Positions 1-11,605 of a stretch of 64,000 bases of DNA are shown here, one piece after another. The notes below the pieces were generated by a model. The model was not told the origin of the DNA. It made no database searches and worked only from the letters and a program-made list of their open reading frames with translations. The stretch's first letter is position 1, and each line of letters opens with the position of its first letter. Made by a program: the position numbers and the translations under genes. Source of the stretch: Macrostomum lignano (taxonomy: Eukaryota); NCBI GenBank assembly GCA_002269645.1, contig NIVC01000591.1:558001-622000 (forward strand), given 5' to 3'.

Positions 1-1940
1 CTAAAGCCCCTTGGTGCTAAAGCCCCTTGGTGCTAAAGCCCCTTGGTGCTAAAGCCCCTTGGTGCTGGCGCCCCTTGGTGCTGGCGCCCCTTGGTGCTGG
101 CGCCCCTTGGTGCTGGCGCCCCTTGGTGCTGGCGCCCCTTGGTGCTAAAGCCCCTTGGTGCTAAAGCCCCTTGGTGCTAAAGCCCCTTGGTGCTAAAGCC
201 CCTTGGTGCTAAAGCCCCTTGGTGCTAAAGCCCCTTGGTGCTAAAGCCCCTTGGTGCTAAAGCCCCTTGGTGCTAAAGCCCCTTGGTGCTAAAGCCCCTT
301 GGTGCTAAAGCCCCTTGGTGCTAAAGCCCCTTTGTGCTAAAGCCCCTTGGTGCTAAAGCCCCTTGGTGCTAAAGCCCCTTGGTGCTAAAGCCCCTTTGTG
401 CTAAAGCCCCTTGGTGCTAAAGCCCCTTGGTGCTAAAGCCCCTTGGTGCTAAAGCCCCTTGGTGCTAAAGCCCCTTGGTGCTAAAGCCCCTTGGTGCTAA
501 AGCCCCTTGGTGCTAAAGCCCCTTGGTGCTAAAGCCCCTTGGTGCTAAAGCCCCTTGGTGCTAAAGCCCCTTGGTGCTAAAGCCCCTTGGTGCTAAAGCC
601 CCTTGGTGCTAAAGCCCCTTGGTGCTAAAGCCCCTTGGTGCTAAAGCCCCTTGGTGCTAAAGCCCCTTGGTGCTAAAGCCCCTTGGTGCTAAAGCCCCTT
701 GGTGCTAAAGCCCCTTGGTGCTAAAGCCCCTTGGTGCTAAAGCCCCTTGGTGCTAAAGCCCCTTGGTGCTAAAGCCCCTTGGTGCTAAAGCCCCTTGGTG
801 CTAAAGCCCCTTGGTGCTAAAGCCCCTTGGTGCTAAAGCCCCTTGGTGCTAAAGCCCCTTGGTGCTAAAGCCCCTTGGTGCTAAAGCCCCTTGGTGCTAA
901 AGCCCCTTGGTGCTAAAGCCCCTTGGTGCTAAAGCCCCTTGGTGCTAAAGCCCCTTGGTGCTAAAGCCCCTTGGTGCTAAAGCCCCTTGGTGCTAAAGCC
1001 CCTTGGTGCTAAAGCCCCTTGGTGCTAAAGCCCCTTGGTGCTAAAGCCCCTTGGTGCTAAAGCCCCTTGGTGCTAAAGCCCCTTGGTGCTAAAGCCCCTT
1101 GGTGCTAAAGCCCCTTGGTGCTAAAGCCCCTTGGTGCTAAAGCCCCTTGGTGCTAAAGCCCCTTGGTGCTAAAGCCCCTTGGTGCTAAAGCCCCTTGGTG
1201 CTAAAGCCCCTTGGTGCTAAAGCCCCTTGGTGCTAAAGCCCCTTGGTGCTAAAGCCCCTTGGTGCTAAAGCCCCTTGGTGCTAAAGCCCCTTGGTGCTAA
1301 AGCCCCTTGGTGCTAAAGCCCCTTGGTGCTAAAGCCCCTTGGTGCTAAAGCCCCTTGGTGCTAAAGCCCCTTGGTGCTAAAGCCCCTTGGTGCTAAAGCC
1401 CCTTGGTGCTAAAGCCCCTTGGTGCTAAAGCCCCTTGGTGCTAAAGCCCCTTGGTGCTAAAGCCCCTTGGTGCTAAAGCCCCTTGGTGCTAAAGCCCCTT
1501 GGTGCTAAAGCCCCTTGGTGCTAAAGCCCCTTGGTGCTAAAGCCCCTTGGTGCTAAAGCCCCTTGGTGCTAAAGCCCCTTGGTGCTAAAGCCCCTTGGTG
1601 CTAAAGCCCCTTGGTGCTAAAGCCCCTTGGTGCTAAAGCCCCTTGGTGCTAAAGCCCCTTGGTGCTAAAGCCCCTTGGTGCTAAAGCCCCTTGGTGCTAA
1701 AGCCCCTTGGTGCTAAAGCCCCTTGGTGCTAAAGCCCCTTGGTGCTAAAGCCCCTTGGTGCTAAAGCCCCTTGGTGCTAAAGCCCTTGGTGCTCTGCCGC
1801 TGGATCTGTCTGTGGGCCATACTTCCAGGGGCATATAGCCCGAGAGGCCACGCTTGGGACCAGGTCTCAAGGCCTGGTGCTAAAGCCCCTTGGTGCTAAA
1901 GCCCCTTGGTGCTAAAGCCCCTTGGTGCTAAAGCCCCTTG
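1..1940. repeat. 16-bp minisatellite (CTAAAGCCCCTTGGTG)n, >110 copies, truncated by window start; interrupted at 1791-1880 by a 90-bp insert
   Basis: Phase recurs every 240 nt (15 units); variant units CTGGCGCCCCTTGGTG at ~65-140. Confidence 0.98.
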
Positions 1941-2403
1941 ACTTAATTGACTTAGCTGCAGGGGGCTCCGTGTGTCCGGAAGCAGCGAGAAGGCGTAGCC
2001 ACCCATTTCGCTAACCCCTGGCGACCACGGGCAGCTATTGCTGCGGTGTCGCGCAGGAAGTTCCGGTGGTGCCGGTGTCCGCAGCGCTGTCCCCCTCCGG
2101 AGAGTCCAGGAGGTGGACTGGCGCTCGCCCGGTAGCCCTTCGGTAGCGGACGAGCTGGCAGAGATTATCGGGCCTGAAAACGTCGGAGAGGTCCGGGTTT
2201 GGGCCGAGGTAGGTGCTCCGCATTCTCAACACCGGAGAGGCGGTATGGGCATTTCTTCAGAACAGATTTTTCTTTGGACGTGGCGATGCCTGGCAAAACA
2301 GCCATGACCCGAGAGGCTGGCTGCTGGCGCCCCTTGGTGCTAAAGCCTCCAATAAAAATTCCATCCTGACCCACGCAGGAACAAGGCGCCATATCAACTC
2401 TAG

Positions 2404-5400
2404 ACGGCACTGCCAGAGTGCTCAACGCCTCATCCACCGACTCAGCAGCTAAGTTGGACTTGCTGAAGTCCGAATACGATGAGCTGCAACTGAGAGCGGA
2501 ACAACTGGGCATTGAAATGAAAAATTTATTGGCAGCAAACGGATCGACGTTTGGTGAAGTTCGAGACACTGTTGATAGCATTCGAGATGCAGCCAGCGTC
2601 TGTGAGTGGAAACTCTGTCATATGATTTTCTCGAATTACAATGGAGTAACTTCTTGGGTGTTTCATCAGCTCAAAACTTCACATAGGGTTCAAAACAGCT
2701 CAGAGGAGCCGATTTGGTTGCTATGGAAGCCGATTTGGTTGCTACGTAACCGATTTAGTTGCTAGAGAGCCTATTTGGTTACTAGGGAAGCCTATTTGGT
2801 TGCCAGGGGAGCCGATTTGGTTGCTAGGGAAGCCGGTTTGATTGCTAGACGAGCCGATTTGGTTGCTAGGGGAGCCAACCTGGTTGCTAGGTTCGCTAAT
2901 TTGGTTGCTTACGATTAGAAAGTCAATCAGGGCCCGCTGTACACATTATGTACGTCGTATGAGCGTTTGTATGAGTGCGTGCCGCGTACAGTATCGGTGC
3001 GCTTGCATGTGCTAAGGAGTCAGTGGAATGGGCAGAATCACCGCTAACACAGGTTTTGGGACGATGTCGTTAGGTTCGGTAGCTGTTTAGAGTCCATGGC
3101 CCATCATCACTTAGCCCAATAGCTAGAAACTGGTTGACTTCGTAGAAAGTCCAGGGGCTGATGAGATTGGAGAGCCGCAGATTCCCCTTCTAAGCTTGAA
3201 AACTCGCCACCAACCCATCCAAGTCTCTGCCAGGGAGGTGTCGGATCTGTCCAACCGTCTCGGCGGCCTCATGCAGAAACTGCCGCGCGAATTCAATGTG
3301 TCAAAAATACGCGAAGAAACTCGCCAGACTCGAGCGGATGTCGCGAAGCTGACTCAACAAGCTGACCAGGTGATGTCGGAGACTCAACGTCTCCAGGCGT
3401 CGGCCAGTGGCCTGACGGAGCAGCTGAGTAGAGCACAGTCTGGAATCCAGCCGAGCGATGAGGCGCTGAAATCTGCTGATGAAGCTCTCGATGCCGTGGA
3501 CAACAATACGGCAAAGGTGGGTGTACACTTAATTACTGATGGAGTACTTTATTGTACTCATTCACTGTTTGTGAGTCTCAGGAGTGAGGCTCGCGACAAA
3601 AAACTTTCAATTGTACTGCGAAAGTACAGTGTGATCTTTGAAATCGATGAATAAATGGAATTGTTGTTGTTAAACGAGGGTGGGAAGCCATTGTAAGATC
3701 AGTCCAAGTAGGGCTCTGCCGCTGGATCTGTCTGTGGGCCATACTTCCAGGGGCATATAGCCCGAGAGGCCACGCTTGGGACCAGGTCTCAAGGCCTGGT
3801 GCGAAATTGGGGCTACGACCGTACTAGCTCAATGTCTATGGACTAAGCCACCGCCAACCCATAGTGGAATCAGGGATGATGCTAGGACCGAGTCCACCAA
3901 GCTACTAGTGAACGTAAAATGAATGTCTCCGATACAGTCTGATTATCGGATGAAGCGACGATTTCAAGCCGAACGCCAAAACAAACTGTCCAGAGTCCAT
4001 TGATCACGATTGTTGCGTCCAGTGGAGCTTTTGATAATTGAAATTACGTAGGCGTTAGGCGTTAATTACGTAGCGACCTGCTTTTCGTGTCTGCACACAG
4101 TGTCGGTGCGCTTGCATGATATGTGCTCAACAGGGGTTGTAGCCTAGAGGTTAAGGGCGTCAGACTCACGACCTGGAGGTCGTTTGTTCGATTCCTGATC
4201 CCACTGAGCAAGACACTTAACTCTGGATTGCTTCAGATCACCCGGCTGTAAAATGGGTGCCAGCATTAACTGGGGTATTTGAGGCTGTGTGTGTCGACCC
4301 CCCAGTCCTTGGACTGAACAGCCGTACGCAGTCTTCAGATGCGCCGCGCAATAGCTGCGGCTGAGCTGTCGGTTGCACATCTGGCCCAATTGGGGCAGGT
4401 GTAGTCAATTATGATATTATTATATCAATGGGCAGAATATTACTATCAATGCTAAATCAATTTCCAGATGTCGAAAACACTGACTGGCTTCCATCAACAA
4501 GTCGACGAGGCCAATACAAGACTGGCCAACCTTCAAAATCGCAGAGCAAATTCTCAAAAGTTTTCTCTTGAGCAGACGATAGCCTCACTGAAGGACGAGC
4601 AGAGCGCCACTGCTCGAAATCTGACGGCCATTGATGAGGTGAGTTCAGGGCAGAACCCGGCAAGCCACACACTTTTGGCAAGTTATTACCAAAATATTCC
4701 TAAGGTGCTATGAATGAGACACTTCAAGAACACAGGCAGTGCATGTTAGACACAGATGCCCACCCATGTTATTATATATTTGGCACAGGTCAGCCTACAG
4801 ACACAGGTGTCACTCCATAGACAGAGATGTCACTCCCTAGACACAGCTGTCACTCCATAGACATAGGTGACACTCCATAGACACAGGTGTCATGCCATAG
4901 ACACTGGTGTCACTCCATAGACACAGGTTTCACGCCATAGACACAAATGTCACTCCATAGACACAGGTTTCATGCCATAGACACAGGTATCACTCCATAG
5001 AAACAGGTGTCATGCCATAGACACAAATGTCACTCCATAGACACAGGTATCACTCCATAGACACAGGTGACACTCCCTAGACACAGGTGTTATGCCATTG
5101 ACACAGGTGTCACTCCATAGACACAGGTGTCACTCCATAGACACAGGTGTCACTCCATAGACACAGATGTCATGCCATAGACACAGGTGACACTCCATAG
5201 ACACAGGTGACACTCCATAGACACAGGTTTCACGCCATAGACACAGGTGTCACTCCATAGACACAGGTGTCACTCTGCCAGTTCCGCTAACGAACTAATT
5301 TCAATTCCAACTATTAGAAGCTCAACTCGACCCTGGCAACCGCTGCCACCTCTGGCGGTATAAAGATCAGCGAAGCCGAGCAGTTGCGCAGATCTGGCGT

Positions 5401-5762
5401 CATCAACCAGCTGCAGAAGAAGCTCCAACTGGCTCTGGCTCGAGTCGGCAGCGACCAGGGGATTCTGGCCAGTGAGTCAGCTGGGTTGAAATGTTCAAAT
5501 CTTGTCTCAAAAGTAATCTCTCGCTATATTAAAACTTACAGGCCTGGAATTGCGGACCAGCAACCTGGAGAAATCTATGGAGAATGCAGTAGAGAGGCTG
5601 GCTGCCCTGCTGAGCAAGCTCAACGCCGACCAGAGTCAGGACGGTTCGCTGGCTAAGATGTTTATTCAGCTGGAGAGCGCCAAGTGCAAAGGTGAATTGG
5701 CGATCTGGGAGATTATTGACAAAATACTGAATCATAATTCTAGTTCCCTCGTAGAGAAATAA
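2404..5762 (+). CDS. Partial multi-exon coiled-coil protein, probably the C-terminal rod of a laminin beta/gamma-like chain (5' part not resolved)
   Basis: Exons 2404-2601, 3234-3516, 4468-4638, 5318-5471 and 5542-5691 (or read-through to the stop at 5762) have GT-AG sites and compatible phases (1,0,0,1). Heptad-like sequence with many N-glycosylation sequons (NAS, NGS, NVS, NNT, NLT, NST) and a Cys near the end (ESAKCK). The laminin call is inference; no LE/EGF repeats seen. Confidence 0.6.
2706..2910. repeat. Degenerate 21-bp array (GCCGATTTGGTTGCTAGGGNA), same family as 5805-6540
   Basis: About 9 diverged units in an intron. Confidence 0.85.
4133..4425 (+). mobile_element. tRNA-derived SINE with CORE-like central domain, copy 1
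   Basis: A-box-like TAGCCTAGAGG, B-box GTTCGATTCC, then GAGCAAGACACTTAACTCT...CTGTAAAATGGG resembling the MIR/CORE consensus, a structured 3' end and an (ATT)-rich tail; second copy at 9313-9570. Confidence 0.8.
4795..5275. repeat. 20-bp minisatellite (ACACAGGTGTCACTCCATAG)n
   Basis: About 23 units filling the intron between exons 4468-4638 and 5318-5471. Confidence 0.95.
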
Positions 5763-5804
5763 AAGCCCCAAGAATGGAAGAGCCTCGACTTTGATTGATA
5801 GGAT

Positions 5805-6540
5805 GCCGATTTGGTTGCTACGGTAGCCGATTTGGTTGCTAGGGAGCCGATTTAGTTACTATAAGGAGACGATTTGGGTGCTAGGGAGCCGATTTAGTTA
5901 CTATCAGGAGCCGATTTGGTTGCTAGGGTAGCCGATTTGGTTGCTAGGGTAGCCGATTTGGTTGCTAGGGTAGCCGATTTGGTTGCTAGGGTAGCCGATT
6001 TGGTTGCTAGAGTAGCCGATTTGGTTGCTAGGGTAGCCGATTTGGTTGCTAGGGAGCCGATTTAGTTACTATAAGGAGACGATTTGGGTGCTAGGGAGCC
6101 GATTTAGTTACTATCAGGAGCCGATTTGGTTGCTAGGGTAGCCGATTTGGTTGCTAGGGTAGCCGATTTGGTTGCTAGGGTAGCCGATTTGGTTGTTAGG
6201 GTAGCCGATTTGGTTGCTAGAGTAGCCGATTTGGTTGCTAGGGTAGCCGATTTGGTTGCTAGGGTAGCCGATTTGGTTGTTAGGGTAGCCGATTTGGTTG
6301 CTATGGTAGCCGATTTGGTTGCTAGGGCAGCCGATTTGGTTGCTAGGGTAGCCGATTTGGTTGCTACGGTAGCCGATTTGGTTGCTATGGTAGCCGATTT
6401 GGTTGCTAGGGTAGCCGATTCGGTTGCTAGGGTAGCCGATCTGGTTGCTAGGGTAGCCGATCTGGTTGCTAGGGTAGCCGATTTGGTTGCTAGGGTAGCC
6501 GATCTGGTTGCTAGGGTAGCCGATTTGGTTGCTAGGCAGC
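5805..6540. repeat. 21-bp minisatellite (GCCGATTTGGTTGCTAGGGTA)n
   Basis: About 35 units; source of the spurious VARVADL / ATKSATL ORFs. Confidence 0.97.
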
Positions 6541-7039
6541 CAAATTTCAAATTCTACTTTTGATTTTTCAAAAAAATTTCAGCTCGCAACTGAAGCGACT
6601 GACGGAGCAGCAGCGGTGGGTTGGTCTTGCGACTTCTAATCACGAATTGAGTCACCATACGCTACAGTGCTTGCATAGCTTGAATACTTTTTAACACGCT
6701 TTCTGCTTCAATCCTTCTAATATTACTTTCAGTAGTAACTACTGAATAATGGACATGCTTGATTTTTTGGCAGCGAATATTGAGCGACTCCATTATTCTT
6801 TTTTTCATCTATCAGAATTCTGCCTAGGGTTAATTCAAATTGTTTTAAATGCTTATAAGTTGCTTTTTTGGAAATATAGTTCAGCACAGCTATGTTGCTA
6901 TCTCTTTTAGTTCATTATATAAGCAATATCAAGTGATGGCTGCGTCTAAATATTTTAAATTAAGTTTTAACGACTAATATTGCCAATATCTCGCCATAAA
7001 GTGAAGCTGGCGTCTCTTGTTGCTGGCCCCGTGAAAATG

Positions 7040-9115
7040 GCGCCCTGGATGCTGGCGCCCTGGATGCTGGCGCCCCTTGGTGCTAAAGCCCCTTGGTGCT
7101 AAAGCCCCTTGGTGCTAAGGCCCCTTGGTGCTAAAGCCCCTTGGTGCTAAAGCCCCTTGGTGCTAAAGCCCCTTGGTGCTAAAGCCCCTTGGTGCTAAAG
7201 CCCCTTGGTGCTAAAGCCCCTTGGTGCTAAAGCCCCTTGGTGCTAAAGCCCCTTGGTGCTAAAGCCCCTTGGTGCTAAAGCCCCTTGGTGCTAAAGCCCC
7301 TTGGTGCTAAAGCCCCTTGGTGCTAAAGCCCCTTGGTGCTAAAGCCCCTTGGTGCTAAAGCCCCTTGGTGCTAAAGCCCCTTGGTGCTAAAGCCCCTTGG
7401 TGCTAAAGCCCCTTGGTGCTAAAGCCCCTTGGTGCTAAAGCCCCTTGGTGCTAAAGCCCTTGGTGCTAAAGCCCCTTGGTGCTAAAGCCCCTTGGTGCTA
7501 AAGCCCCTTGGTGCTAAAGCCCCTTGGTGCTAAAGCCCCTTGGTGCTAAAGCCCCTTGGTGCTAAAGCCCCTTGGTGCTAAAGCCCCTTGGTGCTAAAGC
7601 CCCTTGGTGCTAAAGCCCCTTGGTGCTAAAGCCCCTTGGTGCTAAAGCCCCTTGGTGCTAAAGCCCCTTGGTGCTAAAGCCCCTTGGTGCTAAAGCCCCT
7701 TGGTGCTAAAGCCCCTTGGTGCTAAAGCCCCTTGGTGCTAAAGCCCCTTGGTGCTAAAGCCCCTTGGTGCTAAAGCCCCTTGGTGCTAAAGCCCCTTGGT
7801 GCTAAAGCCCCTTGGTGCTAAAGCCCCTTGGTGCTAAAGCCCCTTGGTGCTAAAGCCCCTTGGTGCTAAAGCCCCTTGGTGCTAAAGCCCCTTGGTGCTA
7901 AAGCCCCTTGGTGCTAAAGCCCCTTGGTGCTAAAGCCCCTTGGTGCTAAAGCCCCTTGGTGCTAAAGCCCCTTGGTGCTAAAGCCCCTTGGTGCTAAAGC
8001 CCCTTGGTGCTAAAGCCCCTTGGTGCTAAAGCCCCTTGGTGCTAAAGCCCCTTGGTGCTAAAGCCCCTTGGTGCTAAAGCCCCTTGGTGCTAAAGCCCCT
8101 TGGTGCTAAAGCCCCTTGGTGCTAAAGCCCCTTGGTGCTAAAGCCCCTTGGTGCTAAAGCCCCTTGGTGCTAAAGCCCCTTGGTGCTAAAGCCCCTTGGT
8201 GCTAAAGCCCCTTGGTGCTAAAGCCCCTTGGTGCTAAAGCCCCTTGGTGCTAAAGCCCCTTGGTGCTAAAGCCCCTTGGTGCTAAAGCCCCTTGGTGCTA
8301 AAGCCCCTTGGTGCTAAAGCCCCTTGGTGCTAAAGCCCCTTGGTGCTAAAGCCCCTTGGTGCTAAAGCCCCTTGGTGCTAAAGCCCCTTGGTGCTAAAGC
8401 CCCTTGGTGCTAAAGCCCCTTGGTGCTAAAGCCCCTTGGTGCTAAAGCCCCTTGGTGCTAAAGCCCCTTGGTGCTAAAGCCCCTTGGTGCTAAAGCCCCT
8501 TGGTGCTAAAGCCCCTTTGTGCTAAAGCCCCTTGGTGCTAAAGCCCCTTGGTGCTAAGGCCCCTTGGTGCTAAAGCCCCTTGGTGCTAAAAAAGCCCCTT
8601 GGTGCTAAAGCCCCTTGGTGCTAAAGCCCCTTGGTGCTAAAGCCCCTTGGTGCTAAAGCCCCTTGGTGCTAAAGCCCCTTGGTGCTAAAAAAGCCCCTTG
8701 GTGCTAAAGCCCCTTGGTGCTAAAGCCCCTTGGCGCTAAAGCCCCTTGGTGCTAAAGCCCCTTGGTGCTAAAGCCCCTTGGTGCTAAAGCCCCTTGGTGC
8801 TAAAGCCCCTTGGTGCTAAAGCCCCTTGGTGCTAAAGCCCCTTGGTGCTAAAGCCCCTTGGTGCTAAAGCCCCTTGGTGCTAAAGCCCCTTGGTGCTAAA
8901 GCCCCTTGGTGCTAAAGCCCCTTGGTGCTAAAGCCCCTTGGTGCTAAAGCCCCTTGGTGCTAAAGCCCCTTGGTGCTAAAGCCCCTTGGTGCTAAAGCCC
9001 CTTGGTGCTAAAGCCCCTTGGTGCTAAAGCCCCTTGGTGCTAAAGCCCCTTGGTGCTAAAGCCCCTTGGTGCTAAAGCCCCTTGGCGCTAAAGCCCCTTG
9101 GTGCTAAAGCCCCCT
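7040..9115. repeat. 16-bp minisatellite (CTAAAGCCCCTTGGTG)n, second array, ~128 copies
   Basis: Same unit and orientation as 1-1940; starts with degenerate GATGCTGGCGCCC units. Confidence 0.98.
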
Positions 9116-9312
9116 GGCTTTAAGGCTTTTAAGAATTATAAGCAATGAACCCAAAGAATACTGGTTTTATAACGTAGGGATGAAGTTTTGAAGAAGTCGA
9201 CCCCTGGATGTGAGCGCTCACTAGGCGATGTTTACAGACTTCAGCAGGAAAGTCCAACCAGTTTATTTCAAAATATTAATATATGTAGCATGCACGGCGT
9301 CCTTTTTAAACA

Positions 9313-9570
9313 GAGGTTGTTAGAGCGTCGGACTTACGACTTGAAGGTCGTGGGTTCGATTCCTGATCCCACTGAGCAAGACACGTAACTCTGCATTGCT
9401 TCAGTTCACCCAGCTGTAAAATGGGTGCCAGCATTAGCTGGGGTAACTGAGGGTGTGTGGCGACCCCCCAGTCTTTAGACTGAACAGCCGTACGCAGCCT
9501 TCAGATGGCTGAGCTGTCGGTTGCGCATCTGCCCATTGGGGCAGGTGCAAACAATTATTATTGTTCTTAT
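9313..9570 (+). mobile_element. tRNA-derived CORE-like SINE, copy 2 (A-box region damaged)
   Basis: Aligns by eye to 4133-4425 throughout (GTTCGATTCCTGATCCCACTGAGCAAGACAC...CTGTAAAATGGGTGCCAGCATT...GGGGCAGGTG plus AT tail). Confidence 0.8.
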
Positions 9571-10029
9571 TGTTAATATTTATTGAATATAAACAATTGT
9601 GGATAATATCTGCATCTCAAACCATCAGAAAATGCGCACTCATGGCAAGCATCCCAACCATCAGGGGGGTCCTCCATTTCAAAGAATGGAATGCAAAGAT
9701 TTAAATAATAATTTATTGTCAAGTGTTTCGCACTCTGCCAAAATTGTTGTAAAATTTTCTTTCTGCAAGAGTTCCAAGGTGGCAAAGGAATGGCTTGCTT
9801 TATTTGGCAGCGTCTTTATGCAGTCTACCATTGTGCTGGCAAGGTGTGAATTCGCGGTACAGAGCAGATGGACCCTGGCCTGGCGATGTGTGCGGCCTCG
9901 CCTTGGGCTGTGGCACAAATTTTTTTTGTTATTTGGCGAGCAGCCAATGTTAAACGAAAGCTCGATGCAGTAAAACTGACTATTTATTCAAGTGTTTTAA
10001 GTTCAAAATGGCGCTTTACAGACGTCCAT

Positions 10030-11135
10030 TGCTGAGACGTCAATTCTCATGGGGAATTGCTGAGGTGTCAATTCTCATGGGGAATTGCTGAGGTGTCAAT
10101 TCTCATGGGGAATTGCTGAGTTGTTAAGGCTCATGGGGAATTGCTGAGATGTCAGTGCTCATGGGGAATTGCTGAGATGTCAGTGCTCATGGGGAATTGC
10201 TACGACGTCAATGCTCATGGGGGAATCTCTGAGATGTCAATGCTCATTGGGGAATCTTTGAGATGTCAACACTCAATAGGGGAATTGCTGAGTTGTCAAT
10301 TCTCATGGGGGAATTGCTGAGATGTCAATTCTCATGGGGGAATTGCTGAGATGTCAATGCTCATGGGGGAATTGCTGAGATGTCAATGCTCATGGGGGAA
10401 TTGCTGAGACGTCAAGGCTCATGGGGGAATTGCTGAGATGTCAATGCTCATGGGGGAATTGCTGAGATGTCAATGCTCATGGGGGAATTGCTGAGATGTC
10501 AATGCTCATTGGGGAATCTTTGAGATGCCAACACTCAATAGGGGAATTGCTGAGTTGTCAATTCTCATGGGGGAATTGCTGAGATGTCAATGCTCATGGG
10601 GGAATTGCTGAGATGTCAATGCTCATGGGGGAATTGCTGAGTTGTCAATGCTCATGGGGGAATTGCTGAGATGTCAAGGCTCATGGGGGAATTGCTGAGA
10701 TGTCAATGCTCATGGGGGAATTGCTGAGATGTCAATGCTCATGGGGGAATTGCTGAGTTGTCAATGCTCATGGGGGAATTGCTGAGATGTCAAGGCTCAT
10801 GGGGGAATTGCTGAGATGTCAATGCTCATGGGGGAATTGCTGAGTTGTCAATGCTCATGGGGAATTGCTGAGATGTCAATTCTCATGGGGGAATTGCTGA
10901 GTTGTCAATTCTCATGGGGGAATTGCTGAGTTGTCAATGCTCAATAGGGGAATTGCTGAGTTGTCAATGCTCATGGGGGAATTGCTGAGTTGTCAATGCT
11001 CATGGGGGAATTGCTGAGATATCAGTGCCTATGGGAGAATCGCTGAGTTGTCAAGGCTCATGGGGGAATTGCTGAGATGTCAGCAATTCTGAGATGTCCT
11101 TCATCAGCAAGGCTCATGGGGGAATTGCTGAGATG
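10030..11135. repeat. 28-29-bp minisatellite (CTCATGGGGGAATTGCTGAGATGTCAATG)n
   Basis: About 37 units, directly visible. Confidence 0.95.
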
Positions 11136-11605
11136 AATAAAATTTGGCAAATTACAGACAGTCTCTATGTTAGCTCTGGACAATGTTGTATGCGCTGAAT
11201 GCAATAGCATAGCATGCATTGAATGCAAGCGTATTTTAAAGGCGTGGTCGCTTCAAGCAGATCTATTTGCTTGGAGCAACTCTCCTTTTTCTGGGTCTGG
11301 GTGTCTGCTTAATAATCTGTGAGAGGCGCACGAATGCCTACCTACCTGATGATGAAGGATAAAATTGGAAAGTTGTTAAAGAGAAAGAAGAGAAGAGACG
11401 AGAGCGCACTAGGGGGGGGGGGGAGGGGGGGGTTGAGCCTAGGATTTCAAGTGCGTGTGCTGTAAGACTAGTATGAATGAATCATATGCTTCACCCTCAC
11501 CAACCCCTTTCTTTCTCGCTTTTGCATTGAGTACTCGAACAAGAAGATATGGAAGCTGGAGTGTTAATTAAGTAAATCGAGCTATACCAGAATACCTAGG
11601 TTACT

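Noticed and set aside
1-1940. CRISPR array or telomere interpretation of the 16-bp and other arrays
   Set aside because: No unique spacers and no cas genes in a eukaryotic context; the unit is not a known telomeric repeat and recurs internally.
1960-2210. GC-rich exon-like block upstream of the coiled-coil exons
   Set aside because: Its strongest donor (GAG|GTAGGT) is phase 0 while the next exon needs phase 1, and no domain is recognisable; not called.
3158-3205. Hammerhead ribozyme core CTGATGAG...GAAA
   Set aside because: Stem II does not pair and lacks the C before GAAA; other CTGATGA hits on both strands also failed.
3711-3830. HDV-like ribozyme fold (TAGCCC/GGGCTA pairing, CCACGC loop, ACCAGG/CCTGGT hairpin followed by GCGAAA)
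   Set aside because: There is no room for P3' and P1' between the loop and the hairpin, and no convincing P1; the topology could not be completed by hand. An Infernal/RNArobo search would settle it.
4133-4210. tRNA gene
   Set aside because: The acceptor stem is incomplete and the sequence continues into a SINE body present twice.
6104-6563. Long ORFs of repeated peptides here and at 11624-12020, 17177-18817, 25150-26007, 26027-27382, 28444-28651, 47442-48431, 52755-54023, 56137-56484, 57576-58427
   Set aside because: They are translations of stop-free tandem repeats, mostly in introns or intergenic DNA, with no independent coding evidence.
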